64,000 nt of DNA from Candidatus Multivorans sp. (GTDB lineage Bacteria; Acidobacteriota; Thermoanaerobaculia; Multivoradales; Multivoraceae), in NCBI GenBank assembly GCA_965247095.1, contig OZ251997.1, positions 4,320,001-4,384,000 of the forward strand, in the 5' to 3' direction. Within the stretch, counting starts at the first letter, position 1, and each line of letters begins with the position of its first letter. Below, piece after piece: positions 55,112 through 64,000 of the stretch. Below the pieces are notes generated by a model, which did not search any database, was not told the DNA's origin, and worked only from the letters and a program-made list of their open reading frames with translations. Made by a program: the position numbers and the translations under genes.

Positions 55112-57265
55112 TTACAGCACCCGGATCGTGGTCGAGGACGCGTGCTCCTGGTTCTCCTGGTCGGTAACGACAACGGAGAGGGTGTAGTCGCCGGCGGTCA
55201 GCTTCCGGCCGGCCACGAACACGCCGGAGAGCTGGGAGAGACCTGAACCGGCCTGAGCTCCGGGAGCGAGGACGATCTCACCTCCGTCGGCTACCTGCTC
55301 GCCGTCCGGCCGGAACACCTGCGTCCGGACGGAGACCGGACCGGCGCCGAGATTCATGCCCACGAGGCTGATCGGCGTCTCGCCGCCGGCGGCGACCTCA
55401 GGCCGCGCCGCCGGAATGAAGGGGTTGCCGCTGCGCAGGAAGGGGAAGGCGACATCGCTTCGCTGCTCGGACTCGTCCTCACGAAGGAGGACCCACTTGC
55501 CTGGCTGCTCCGGGAACAGCGGCGGCTGCAGCGCGGGCTCCTCACCGGGAACCTGGAGCAAGGACGTGGTCAGCGCCCGACGGCCGGTGGCGTCGTTGCG
55601 GATAAGCACCCGCACGGAGTAGGCGCCCGGGTTCAGGTCGAAGTGGCCCCAGTACTTGAGCCCGGTCTGGCGGAGCGCGGGGCCGGCCTGGGCCGAGTCC
55701 AGGCTCAGCCGGCTGGCGAAGAAGTCGCGCACGACGCCGTTGTCGTCCAGGGCGTAGGCGTAGATCTCGAGCGGAATGGTGGCGCCCTCCAGGCCGGCCA
55801 GAAGATCCTCGCCCCGCACCTCGATCAGCACCGGTGCGTACGGTTTGCCGTTGTCGGCGGGGAAGGCCGCGGCTAGTACCGAAGCATCGATCTCGCCCGT
55901 TTCGACACCGCCCATCACCTGCTGCGCGGAATCCAGGGACCGTTCGAAGGGGCTCGTTTGGGCGTAGGGCTTCGGTGCGTAGTAGCCGGGTCGGTGGACG
56001 ACTTGGGTTCCGCGGGGAGCGTTCTTCAGCCGTACCCGCAGTTTGTGGAAGCGGCCGTCGTACTGCAGGTCCTCCGGCTGGAAGGCAAGCAGGTAGGTGA
56101 CGCTGGTGCGCTCCAGCATCTCGGACATCGCGTCGCCCAGGTCGGTGAAGTTGGCGAACAGCTCGCCGCCGCTGTCCTTGGACATCATGAACAGCGAGTC
56201 CCGGTTGCTGGCGCTCTCGGCAAGGACCTCGCCGCTCACGTCCACGGTCTGGATGGCGCAGTTCGCCTGGCGGAACTTGGCCAACATCTGGGTCATTTGG
56301 CTCTGGGCGGCGCTGCTGCCGAAGAGCTCCTCGTTGTCGACTTCCCCAAGCCGGCCGCTTGAGACCGCGTCCTGCCTTTGCAGGATCGCGTCCTGTTCCT
56401 CACTCGTTTGACCGCGGTTGCCGACCAGGATGCTGCTGTCGAAGCCCTCGGACAGGAAGACGACGTGCTTGCGGCCCTCGATCGATTGCATCCAGGCGGC
56501 GAGTTCGCTCATGCCGCTGGTTAGGGCGGCGACTTTGGCGGCCGCTCTGCCGCGCTCCGCGGCGGCCTGAAGGGCTCGCAGCTCTCGCCGAGTCTGGATG
56601 GCCTCGAAATCGGTATCGGCAGTAGCTCGGCCGCCGATGTCGCCCAGGTTGGAGTCGGTCGGCTGTGGGGCGCTGAGGTCGCCGATCACTAGACCGAGTG
56701 GGTCGCGAATCGCTTCGCCGGTCTCAATCTTGCCCAGCGTCCGGATTGCCTGCCGGAGTTGGCTGCGGTCGGATGTGAAACCAAGCACCAGCCGGGGGCG
56801 GGTGTCGAAGATCGCCAGCGCCACCAGGTCGGTGGGGTGGAGCTGGCGCAACACCAAGTCGGCGGCTGCCTGCTGGGCGCGGCCGATGGCGTCGGGAGTG
56901 GTGAAGAAGAGGTCGAACAGCAACAGGAAGTGCCGGCGTGCGGCGACCGGTACGGCTTTCTCCGTGGCCTTGCCTTCCACTGTCGACAGATCGACCATCT
57001 CGAAGCCGGTGATCCGGACCGGCTTGCGACCGTCGAGGAGTTCGAAGTCCTCCGGGCCGAGATCGCGCAGCGGATTGCCGCCGCTGTTGACCTGGACCGG
57101 CACTTCGACCACGGTGACGGTGGTTGAACCGCTGAACTGGGCCTGCTTCTGCTTGCGGCCACGCTGCGCCTCGGCCGCGGCGGCAGTGGTCAACAGCAGG
57201 GCGGCGGCGCACAGGGCGGCGGTGAAAGTCGTCGACGGGCGGTCGGGGGGCCTGCGGTTCTTCAT
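55112..57265 (-). CDS. Acidobacterial VWA-domain protein
   Basis: VVEVPVQV...DLGPEDF, RRHFLLLFD, GRKHVVFLSEG, TYLLAFQP and HRPGYYAP. Confidence 0.88.
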   Translation of the reverse strand: MKNRRPPDRPSTTFTAALCAAALLLTTAAAAEAQRGRKQKQAQFSGSTTVTVVEVPVQVNSGGNPLRDLGPEDFELLDGRKPVRITGFEMVDLSTVEGKATEKAVPVAARRHFLLLFDLFFTTPDAIGRAQQAAADLVLRQLHPTDLVALAIFDTRPRLVLGFTSDRSQLRQAIRTLGKIETGEAIRDPLGLVIGDLSAPQPTDSNLGDIGGRATADTDFEAIQTRRELRALQAAAERGRAAAKVAALTSGMSELAAWMQSIEGRKHVVFLSEGFDSSILVGNRGQTSEEQDAILQRQDAVSSGRLGEVDNEELFGSSAAQSQMTQMLAKFRQANCAIQTVDVSGEVLAESASNRDSLFMMSKDSGGELFANFTDLGDAMSEMLERTSVTYLLAFQPEDLQYDGRFHKLRVRLKNAPRGTQVVHRPGYYAPKPYAQTSPFERSLDSAQQVMGGVETGEIDASVLAAAFPADNGKPYAPVLIEVRGEDLLAGLEGATIPLEIYAYALDDNGVVRDFFASRLSLDSAQAGPALRQTGLKYWGHFDLNPGAYSVRVLIRNDATGRRALTTSLLQVPGEEPALQPPLFPEQPGKWVLLREDESEQRSDVAFPFLRSGNPFIPAARPEVAAGGETPISLVGMNLGAGPVSVRTQVFRPDGEQVADGGEIVLAPGAQAGSGLSQLSGVFVAGRKLTAGDYTLSVVVTDQENQEHASSTTIRVL

Positions 57266-57335
57266 TCCAGGGGCTCCTTGTCCAACGGGGCAGAGCTTTA
57301 ATGATCGGATCCGATGAACCCGATTCGGCTCGGAT

Positions 57336-59597
57336 TCAGTTCAGCACCTTCAGCGGGATCGAGTTGACCGGCCGGGCCTGAGTCGCCGGGTCGGTCACGG
57401 CAACCCTCAGAGTGTAGTCGCCCGCCGGCAGATCGGTGGGCTTGAAGGCGGCGACGATCTTGTCGAGTCCGGGAATTCCGGTCACGGTGCGCTCGCGCAG
57501 GCTGAGCGCGCCTCCCGCCATCGTTTCCCCACTAAGGTCCGTCACCGTGGCCTCCAGGTTCAGGTCGCCGCGGCCGAGGTTGTAGCCCACCAGGCAGATC
57601 TCGGCGCCGCCGTCGTCGCCGCTCCGCTGCACCAGGGGCGCCGCGGACGGCACGTAGGGCTCGCCGTTCACCGTGAACGGGTAGACCGTGGTCTTGGCGT
57701 ATTGATCGGCCGCCTGCTCGCGGACCAGAAACCAGCTTCCGGGCGCCTCATGGAAGAACGGCGGCAGCAGGGCCGGCTCGCCGGTCTCGAAGGTCGGCAC
57801 CCGCAACTCGACCATTTTGACGCCGGTAGTGCCGGTGACGCCGTTGCGGGCAAGGACGCGCAGCAGATAGTCGCCCGGTTCGAGTTCGAGATGGCCGTAG
57901 TACTTGAGGCCGGTGTTGGCGAAGGCGTCCTCCCGGCCGGCGAGGTCGAGGGTGATGACCTGACTGAAGAAGTCCCGCATCTGCGCCTTGCCGTCGGTGA
58001 CGTAGGCGTAGAGTTCAACCGGCAACTGCGCCGGCTGGTGGCCGGCGAGCAGTCCTTCGCCGCCGATCTCGACGATCACCGGGATGTATGCCCGGTTGCT
58101 GCCGCCGCGGAATGGCGCCGCCAACACGTCGATCTTGAGATCGTTCTTCGTGGCGGCGGCGGCGATCAGATCGGAGGCCAGCAGGCGCTTCTCCATCGGA
58201 TGCAGGTCGCCGAAGGGCCGTGGCGTGTAGTACCCCATGCGGTGGGAGATCTGCGTGCCCTTCGGGGCCCGCGCGCGCACCTTGATTCGCCGTAGATCGC
58301 CGGGTTCGCCGGGTTCGGAAGGCTGGAAGGCGAGAAGATAGGTGACTGTCGAGGACTCCAGCACCTCGCCTAGTTCAGCGCCGAAGTCGTTCGCGTCCTC
58401 GTGCAGGCGGCCGCCGGTCTCGTTGGCGAGGTAGAACAGCGCGTCGCGCCCCACGGTGCGCATCCGGTTTTCCTCCGGCAGATCCGCCCGCAGGCCCGAG
58501 ATATCCACGGCGTGGATCACCGCGTTCGCCCGCTTGAACTCGTTCAGCATCAAGTTGACCTGCGTCTGGAGTTGGGTGTTGCCGAAGCGGTTGTCGGTGT
58601 CGACCTGAGCGATGTCGCCCCTCTCGATCGCCTGGTTTTCGCGCTGCATATCCGGGTCGAAGAAGTCCGGTTGGCGACCGAACAACAGCCGGCCGTCGAA
58701 GCCCTCCGAGAACAGAACCACGTGCTTGCGCCCCTCGACGCTGGAGAGAATGCGCGCCATCTGCCTCAGGGAGTGCATCCAGGACGAGATCTGGCCGCGG
58801 GCGTGGCTCCTCTCGTACTTGGCCATCTCGTTGCCGATCACTCGCAGGTAGGCGTCCGCATCGCGCTCCATGTCGATGATCTCCTGGTTGACGCCGCCGG
58901 TGTCTAGAACCGCCGAGGCGCTCGGTCCCGGAGCGTCGATCATGAAGCCCAGCGGGTCCTTCGTTGCCAGGTGCAGGAGCCGGGGGTTGCCCAGGGTGGC
59001 GATGGCTCGGGCCAACTGCGTCCGGTCGGGAGTGAAGGTGATCAGCAACTGCGGTCCGGACTCGACGGTGTGGACCGCGATCGCCGCCAAGTCTGTTGGG
59101 TGCATCTCCGAAAGCACGAAATCCTGAGCGGCGGAGCGCGCCCTGGCGACAGCGGCCGGCGCCGAGAACGAGAGGTCGAACAGGAACAGGAAGTGGCGGC
59201 GGGCCGCGGGCGGGATGCCGTAGTCGGTCTCGATCACGCGGCGCTCGTCCGGCGCGAGCAGTTCCAGATCGACGACCCGGAAGCCCGTGATGTCCTGGGC
59301 CTTGCCGTCGTCGAGGATTTGGAAGTCCGCTCTGCTCAGACCCCGGATCGCCTCGCCGCTGCGGGCGACGACATTGACCGGCACCTGCACTTCGAACACG
59401 AACGCGCGGTCCTCGAACTGCCGCAGGTCCCGCGGTTCCTGGGCGGCCGCCAGCGTCGCCGCCGGCGGCAGAGTGGCGAGCGCCAGCGTCGCGGCGCACG
59501 CGAGCATGGCCCGTGTGAGCGGTTTGGGGCCGAGCGGATAAAGGGGCGGAAACGACGGTGCGGGTGTCATGACCTTGGTTGTCCTGTCCCGGGGCAT
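57336..59597 (-). CDS. Acidobacterial VWA-domain protein (paralogue of 55112-57265)
   Basis: VQVPVNV...GLSRADF, RRHFLFLFDLSFS, GRKHVVLFSEG, ANETGG, TYLLAFQP and HRMGYY. The start is uncertain (59570, 59597 or 59636). Confidence 0.88.
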   Translation of the reverse strand: MPRDRTTKVMTPAPSFPPLYPLGPKPLTRAMLACAATLALATLPPAATLAAAQEPRDLRQFEDRAFVFEVQVPVNVVARSGEAIRGLSRADFQILDDGKAQDITGFRVVDLELLAPDERRVIETDYGIPPAARRHFLFLFDLSFSAPAAVARARSAAQDFVLSEMHPTDLAAIAVHTVESGPQLLITFTPDRTQLARAIATLGNPRLLHLATKDPLGFMIDAPGPSASAVLDTGGVNQEIIDMERDADAYLRVIGNEMAKYERSHARGQISSWMHSLRQMARILSSVEGRKHVVLFSEGFDGRLLFGRQPDFFDPDMQRENQAIERGDIAQVDTDNRFGNTQLQTQVNLMLNEFKRANAVIHAVDISGLRADLPEENRMRTVGRDALFYLANETGGRLHEDANDFGAELGEVLESSTVTYLLAFQPSEPGEPGDLRRIKVRARAPKGTQISHRMGYYTPRPFGDLHPMEKRLLASDLIAAAATKNDLKIDVLAAPFRGGSNRAYIPVIVEIGGEGLLAGHQPAQLPVELYAYVTDGKAQMRDFFSQVITLDLAGREDAFANTGLKYYGHLELEPGDYLLRVLARNGVTGTTGVKMVELRVPTFETGEPALLPPFFHEAPGSWFLVREQAADQYAKTTVYPFTVNGEPYVPSAAPLVQRSGDDGGAEICLVGYNLGRGDLNLEATVTDLSGETMAGGALSLRERTVTGIPGLDKIVAAFKPTDLPAGDYTLRVAVTDPATQARPVNSIPLKVLN

Positions 59598-59622
59598 CGT
59601 TGGCAGTAAGGCTAGCAGGCGC

Positions 59623-60864
59623 CTACGGCGCTCCACGTTCGATCAGCGCCGCGTACTTGCGCGCTTCCTCGTGGGTGGCGTCGAGCGTCAGCGCCCGCTC
59701 CACATGGTGCTTCGCTTCGCGCACCTTGCCGGTCGCCAGGTAGACCCGGGCCAGCCCGACATGGACCTCGGGAATCTCGGAGTCGACGCGCAGCGCGCGG
59801 CGCATGTAGTCGAGCGCGGTGACCGCATCGCCCGCCGCCAGCGCGGCGTCGCCCCGATACACATAGAAGAACGGACTGGCCTGGTTCATGCTCTCCAGGG
59901 TGTCCAACAGCTCGCCGGCGCGTTCGCTCTCGCCCTGGAGCTGGTAGGCGCGAACCAGGTTCGTCAGCAGCGGCACGTTCTCCGGATGGAGTTCCAGGCC
60001 CTGTTCATAGACGCGCACCGCTTCGCCGAGACGGTCGCGGCGGAGCAGCACGATGCCGTGGTTGTTGATCGCCTTGTCGAAGTCCGGCGTCAGCCGGATG
60101 GCGATCTCAAGCCAGCGCTCGGCGGCGTCCAGATCGTCCGCCATCAGCGCCTCGGCGCCGAGGTTGTTGTAGTAGTGGCCGGTGGCGGCGAGGTCGGTGA
60201 TCGGCTGGAAGTCGCGGTAGGACTTCGGCCGGTAGGGCAGGAAGTCGTAGGTGGCCAGTTCGCCGTCGACATACATGCCGGCGACGATGTGGCCGCGGCT
60301 CACCACCACGCCGTCCTGGTAGTTCCAGCGCTGGTAGTCCTCGACCTCGACGAAGAAGGGGTTCAGCCGCCGCTCGCGGCCGACCGCCACGAACAGGTTG
60401 ACGAAGGAGAGGCAGTTGCCGCGGGCGGCGACGAAGGTTTGCGCCGCGGTTCGGGTCGGAGTCAGTTCGTACTGCAGGTCCACCGATCCGAAGACGAAGT
60501 CGAGCACCGCATCGCGCCGGCGGGCCTGACTGCCGGCCGGGTTGACTCGCTGGTCTACCGCCTCACGCAGTTGCTCGTCGATGGCGAACGGGACCACCAC
60601 CTGATCCTGCCAGCCACCGCCCAAGCGGCGCTCGAGCTCGGGCGCCAAGGCCTGGGCGCCGTCGAAGGGCACAAAGCCGCCGCAGGCCGCGGTCAGGGCA
60701 AGCAGCGCCGCGGTCAGCAGCGCCACCGGCGACGGGGCCACCGGCGGCACAGCCAGGGTGCGCCCGGAACGTCCGTATCTGGTCGGTCGGGAAGCTGGAG
60801 AGTGCCGGTTCATGAGCCGCTGCAGGCGAACTGGGATGTCGGCGTAGCGTGGGATCGTGGACAT
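59623..60864 (-). CDS. Transglutaminase-like domain + TPR lipoprotein
   Basis: Lipobox LTAAC, putative triad GNCLSF / RGHIV / TYDF, then YYNNLG and TPR helices. Confidence 0.82.
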   Translation of the reverse strand: MSTIPRYADIPVRLQRLMNRHSPASRPTRYGRSGRTLAVPPVAPSPVALLTAALLALTAACGGFVPFDGAQALAPELERRLGGGWQDQVVVPFAIDEQLREAVDQRVNPAGSQARRRDAVLDFVFGSVDLQYELTPTRTAAQTFVAARGNCLSFVNLFVAVGRERRLNPFFVEVEDYQRWNYQDGVVVSRGHIVAGMYVDGELATYDFLPYRPKSYRDFQPITDLAATGHYYNNLGAEALMADDLDAAERWLEIAIRLTPDFDKAINNHGIVLLRRDRLGEAVRVYEQGLELHPENVPLLTNLVRAYQLQGESERAGELLDTLESMNQASPFFYVYRGDAALAAGDAVTALDYMRRALRVDSEIPEVHVGLARVYLATGKVREAKHHVERALTLDATHEEARKYAALIERGAP

Positions 60865-61236
60865 CCTGGTCAATCTACTGTACGGTTCACACACTCAACA
60901 GGTTGATCTGGCGTTTGCACTCGTCACGGTCAGGTTCGGCTGGCGGTCGTCCGTTGGTCACATCTGCCCCACTTCTGGGTGTTCACCGTCGGATCGTTCA
61001 TGTCGCCACCCGGCAGATGACAGTCAGATGACGAGTCACGGCGGGGCCACGGGAAGCCCAAAGCCAAGGGCAGCGTGAGGAGTATCTTCAGAATAGTGGA
61101 TATGGAGCAGTTTCTTGGATTCCCCCGCAAGCGTCATCGCGCCGTTTTGGCGTCGCGTGCGCTCGGGGCATCCAGATCGTCTCGCATCGATGCGGGTTTG
61201 CGCCCACCGCCGGCATTGGCCGGCTCGAAGCCGTTT

Positions 61237-61251
61237 TGGCACATGCCTTGC
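61237..61251 (+). promoter_or_regulatory. Sigma54 (-24/-12) promoter upstream of the TonB receptor
   Basis: TGGCAC-ATGCC-TTGC with GG at 61238-39 and GC at 61250-51, giving exact GG-N10-GC spacing. Confidence 0.75.
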
Positions 61252-61386
61252 GGTGGAGAGACAGGTAGGCATAGGCAGTTGTTGGGGAGCCCCAGAGGCT
61301 CCTTGATACCAGCGGAGGTCGTCAGACTGCGGTGTGAGCCGCACCCGGACCTCTCGCACAATCACCCCGGAGGGAGAATCGAAGGT

Positions 61387-64000
61387 ATGAGCAGACGCCT
61401 CGTTTTGACGCTAAGCGTCGTCGTTAGTCTGCTCGTCGGAGGCTTGGCTTGGGGCCAATCGCCGACGGGCAACCTCTTTGGCACGGTGACGGATGAATCC
61501 GGCGCCGCACTGCCAGGCGTGAAGATCACCGTTAGCGGGATCGGCGCGGTTCGCGAACAGTTCACCGATGGCCAAGGCGCCTTCCGCTTCCTCGCCCTCG
61601 ATCCGGGCGCCTACAACGTGGCGGCGGAGCTCGATGGCTTCGGTGGCCTCGAGTTTCCAGATGTCGTAGTCGGCCTTGGCCGCAACACCAGCCTTCCCCT
61701 GGTTCTGGGCGCGGCGCTCGAGGAGACGATCACCGTCACCTCGGAGAGTCCCCTGCTCGACGAGCGCAAACTCTCGACGGGCACCAACGTCAGCCAGGTC
61801 GAGTTGGAGAAGATACCGACCGCCCGCGACCCTTGGGCCCTGCTCTCGCAGACGCCGGGCGTGCTCGTCGACCGGGTGAATGTCGGCGGTTCCGAGTCGG
61901 GACAGCAGTCCGTGTTCCGCGCTCCGGGAGTCAGTGGCAACCAGAACGACTTCCAGTTGGACGGCACGTCGATCACCGACATGGCGGCCACCGGCGCCTC
62001 GCCGACCTACTACGACTTCGACCAGTTCACCGAGATGTCGTTCACAACCGGCGGCTCGGATGTGACCAAGAACAGCGCCGGTGTCCAGGTGAACCTGGTG
62101 ACCAAGCGGGGCAGCAACGAGTTCCGCGGTTCGACCCGGTTCTACAACACCCAGGCCAACGGCTACTTCGGCGGCGCGCTGAAGCAGGCGCAGCCGAACA
62201 TCGAAGGCGAGTTGTACAAGTCCAACTTCCAGACCTCCATCGCCGGCGCCCAGATCCGCAAGATCGAGGACATCGGCTTTGAGGCCGGCGGCGCGGCGGT
62301 CCAGGACCGTCTCTTCTTCTGGGGAAGCTGGGGCCAGAACGACATCAAGCAGAACAATGCCGCCGGTACAGCCGACGACACGATCCTCGAGAACACGGCG
62401 ATCAAGGTGAACGGCCAACCAGCGGCGGCGAACTCGCTTGTCGCCTCGTTCAACAACGGCGACAAGCTGAAGTTCGGGCGCGGCGGAGGCACCTCGCGGC
62501 CGCCGGCGACGACCTGGAATCAGCGCGGTCCTTCGGCGCAGTACCGGTTGGAGGACACGCATGTGTTCTCGTCGAACTTCTTCCTGACCGGCACGTACTC
62601 CCATGGCGACTTCGGTTTCGCTCTGCTGTCACGCGGCCACTTGGCCAGTGGCAACGGGCTCGACCCGGACGCTCGTGATCCCCGGTATGCGGCTGGTGTC
62701 TGGCAGGACAACTTCCTCTCGGGCGGCAGTGCGCGACCGTTCGACTCCTACCAGGTCGACGCCTCGTACTTCTTCACCACCGGCGCTGCGGTGAACCACG
62801 AACTGAAGGTCGGCGGCCGTTTCCGCGAGTTCGTGCAGAACTCGGACTTTGCCTGGGGCCCGCGCGACGTGTTCCACGCCGATTGGGGTCAGTCGGTGGC
62901 CCACCGCGGTCAGACCGGCATCGCGGTCTCCGAGTACACGTCGATCTGGGCCCAGGACACCATTTCCCTGGGCAAGGTGACGTTGAACGTGGGCCTGCGC
63001 TATGACGACCAGAGTGGTCAGAACGAGGCGTTCAAGCGACCGGCACATCCGGTGGCGATCTATCAGGGACTCTTCCCGGAAAACAACTTCCCCGGTTCTG
63101 CCGCCGGCTTCAACTGGGATTCGGTCGTGCCGAGAGTTGGCGCCACCTATGCTCTCGGTGAGCAGCGGAAGACTCTCATTCGGGCCAGCATCTCGCAGTT
63201 CGCCGATCAACTCGGTTCGGGCTGGGTGACCAGGCGATCACCCTTTGGTGATGTCTACGCCTACTTCGATTCCGTCACCGGGGCGTTCCAGTACGCCAAC
63301 GGCTTTGACCCGACCGACCCGAATCTGGTCGTGGATCGGACCGATACAGGCTTGCAGGCGCCGGTCACGCGGGAGATCCTGGCAGCGATTGAACATGCGT
63401 TCCTGCCGGAGTTCGTTGTCTCGTTCACCGTTACCTCGCGGGAAGTCTCCGACCTCCTCAACGGGTACTTGTTGCTCGACGACGGCAGCACGGTCCGGAT
63501 TCCGAACGGCAGCGACTACTCGCAGCTCGGTACGCTGACCGGCACCTTGCCGCGAACGAACCGCAGCTACAGCGTTCCGTACTACGGTCTCACCACCCCC
63601 GGTCTGAGTTGGACCGGCGGTGACTATGTGACCAACGGTGACCGGGGCCGCGACTACCTCGGTTACTCGCTGAGCTTCACCAAGAGACTTGCCAACAAAT
63701 GGATGGCCCGCGGGTTCTACCAGTTCGGCGACACCACGTGCCGCGTACCGAACTCCTACTACGATCACGCGAGTAGGAATGTTGGCGCCGGCGGCTGTGC
63801 CGACGGTGATCTCTACATGACATCCTCAAGCGGTTCCGGCAAGGGCGCCCGCTACCTGCAGTCGAGCTGGACGTACAGCTTGAACGGCATGTACCAGGTG
63901 ATGCCGGATCGGTCGTGGGGATTCAACGTGTCGGCGAGCCTCACCGGACGTGAGGGTTCTCCCATCGCGTACTATGATCGTCAGAGCTTGCCCCTGACGG
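61387..64000 (+). CDS. TonB-dependent receptor, Oar/carboxypeptidase-regulatory-domain type (3'-truncated)
   Basis: It is absent from the ORF track because no stop occurs in the window. Translation gives MSRRLVLTLSVVVSLLVGGLAWGQSPTGNLFGTVTDESGAALPGV..., ETITVTSESPLLD, ARDPW, VNLVTKRGSNEFRG and TLNVGLRYD. Confidence 0.92.
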   Translation, partial: MSRRLVLTLSVVVSLLVGGLAWGQSPTGNLFGTVTDESGAALPGVKITVSGIGAVREQFTDGQGAFRFLALDPGAYNVAAELDGFGGLEFPDVVVGLGRNTSLPLVLGAALEETITVTSESPLLDERKLSTGTNVSQVELEKIPTARDPWALLSQTPGVLVDRVNVGGSESGQQSVFRAPGVSGNQNDFQLDGTSITDMAATGASPTYYDFDQFTEMSFTTGGSDVTKNSAGVQVNLVTKRGSNEFRGSTRFYNTQANGYFGGALKQAQPNIEGELYKSNFQTSIAGAQIRKIEDIGFEAGGAAVQDRLFFWGSWGQNDIKQNNAAGTADDTILENTAIKVNGQPAAANSLVASFNNGDKLKFGRGGGTSRPPATTWNQRGPSAQYRLEDTHVFSSNFFLTGTYSHGDFGFALLSRGHLASGNGLDPDARDPRYAAGVWQDNFLSGGSARPFDSYQVDASYFFTTGAAVNHELKVGGRFREFVQNSDFAWGPRDVFHADWGQSVAHRGQTGIAVSEYTSIWAQDTISLGKVTLNVGLRYDDQSGQNEAFKRPAHPVAIYQGLFPENNFPGSAAGFNWDSVVPRVGATYALGEQRKTLIRASISQFADQLGSGWVTRRSPFGDVYAYFDSVTGAFQYANGFDPTDPNLVVDRTDTGLQAPVTREILAAIEHAFLPEFVVSFTVTSREVSDLLNGYLLLDDGSTVRIPNGSDYSQLGTLTGTLPRTNRSYSVPYYGLTTPGLSWTGGDYVTNGDRGRDYLGYSLSFTKRLANKWMARGFYQFGDTTCRVPNSYYDHASRNVGAGGCADGDLYMTSSSGSGKGARYLQSSWTYSLNGMYQVMPDRSWGFNVSASLTGREGSPIAYYDRQSLPLT

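Overview
A gene-dense, high-GC bacterial window. It most resembles Acidobacteriota of the Thermoanaerobaculia type, and is possibly a marine or sponge-associated MAG; this is inferred from three acidobacterial VWA-domain genes, an Oar-type TonB receptor, a CRTAC1/ASPIC protein, a PhyH dioxygenase and an LLM oxidoreductase. Bases 1-12064 are a tightly coupled sugar operon: three (alpha/alpha)6-type glycoside hydrolases and a CUT1 ABC transporter. It ends about 75 bp from where a hepT toxin gene of an mntA-hepT pair is cut off, which suggests an insertion or assembly junction near 12140. Bases 12.7-37.8 kb hold metabolic genes: ThuA, LLM, MMPL, DUF547, beta-oxidation enzymes, peptidases, a sulfatase, a PafA-like phosphatase, an ArfA/ArfB-like pair, oligopeptidase B, folK and a folP-folB fusion. 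Bases 38-64 kb are almost all cell-envelope or secreted proteins. These are a CRTAC1 protein, an M16 pair, two paralogous M12 proteases each ending in two copies of an uncharacterised domain, DUF3179, a Thr-type sulfatase-TPR protein, three VWA paralogues, a transglutaminase-TPR lipoprotein, and a TonB receptor preceded by a sigma54-type site. Non-coding signals are four copies of a modular REP/MITE-like palindromic element and many -10 boxes 6-11 nt before SD-less start codons, suggesting leaderless mRNAs. No rRNA, tRNA, CRISPR array, integrase or transposase was seen. All family calls come from motif recognition by eye, not from database searches.
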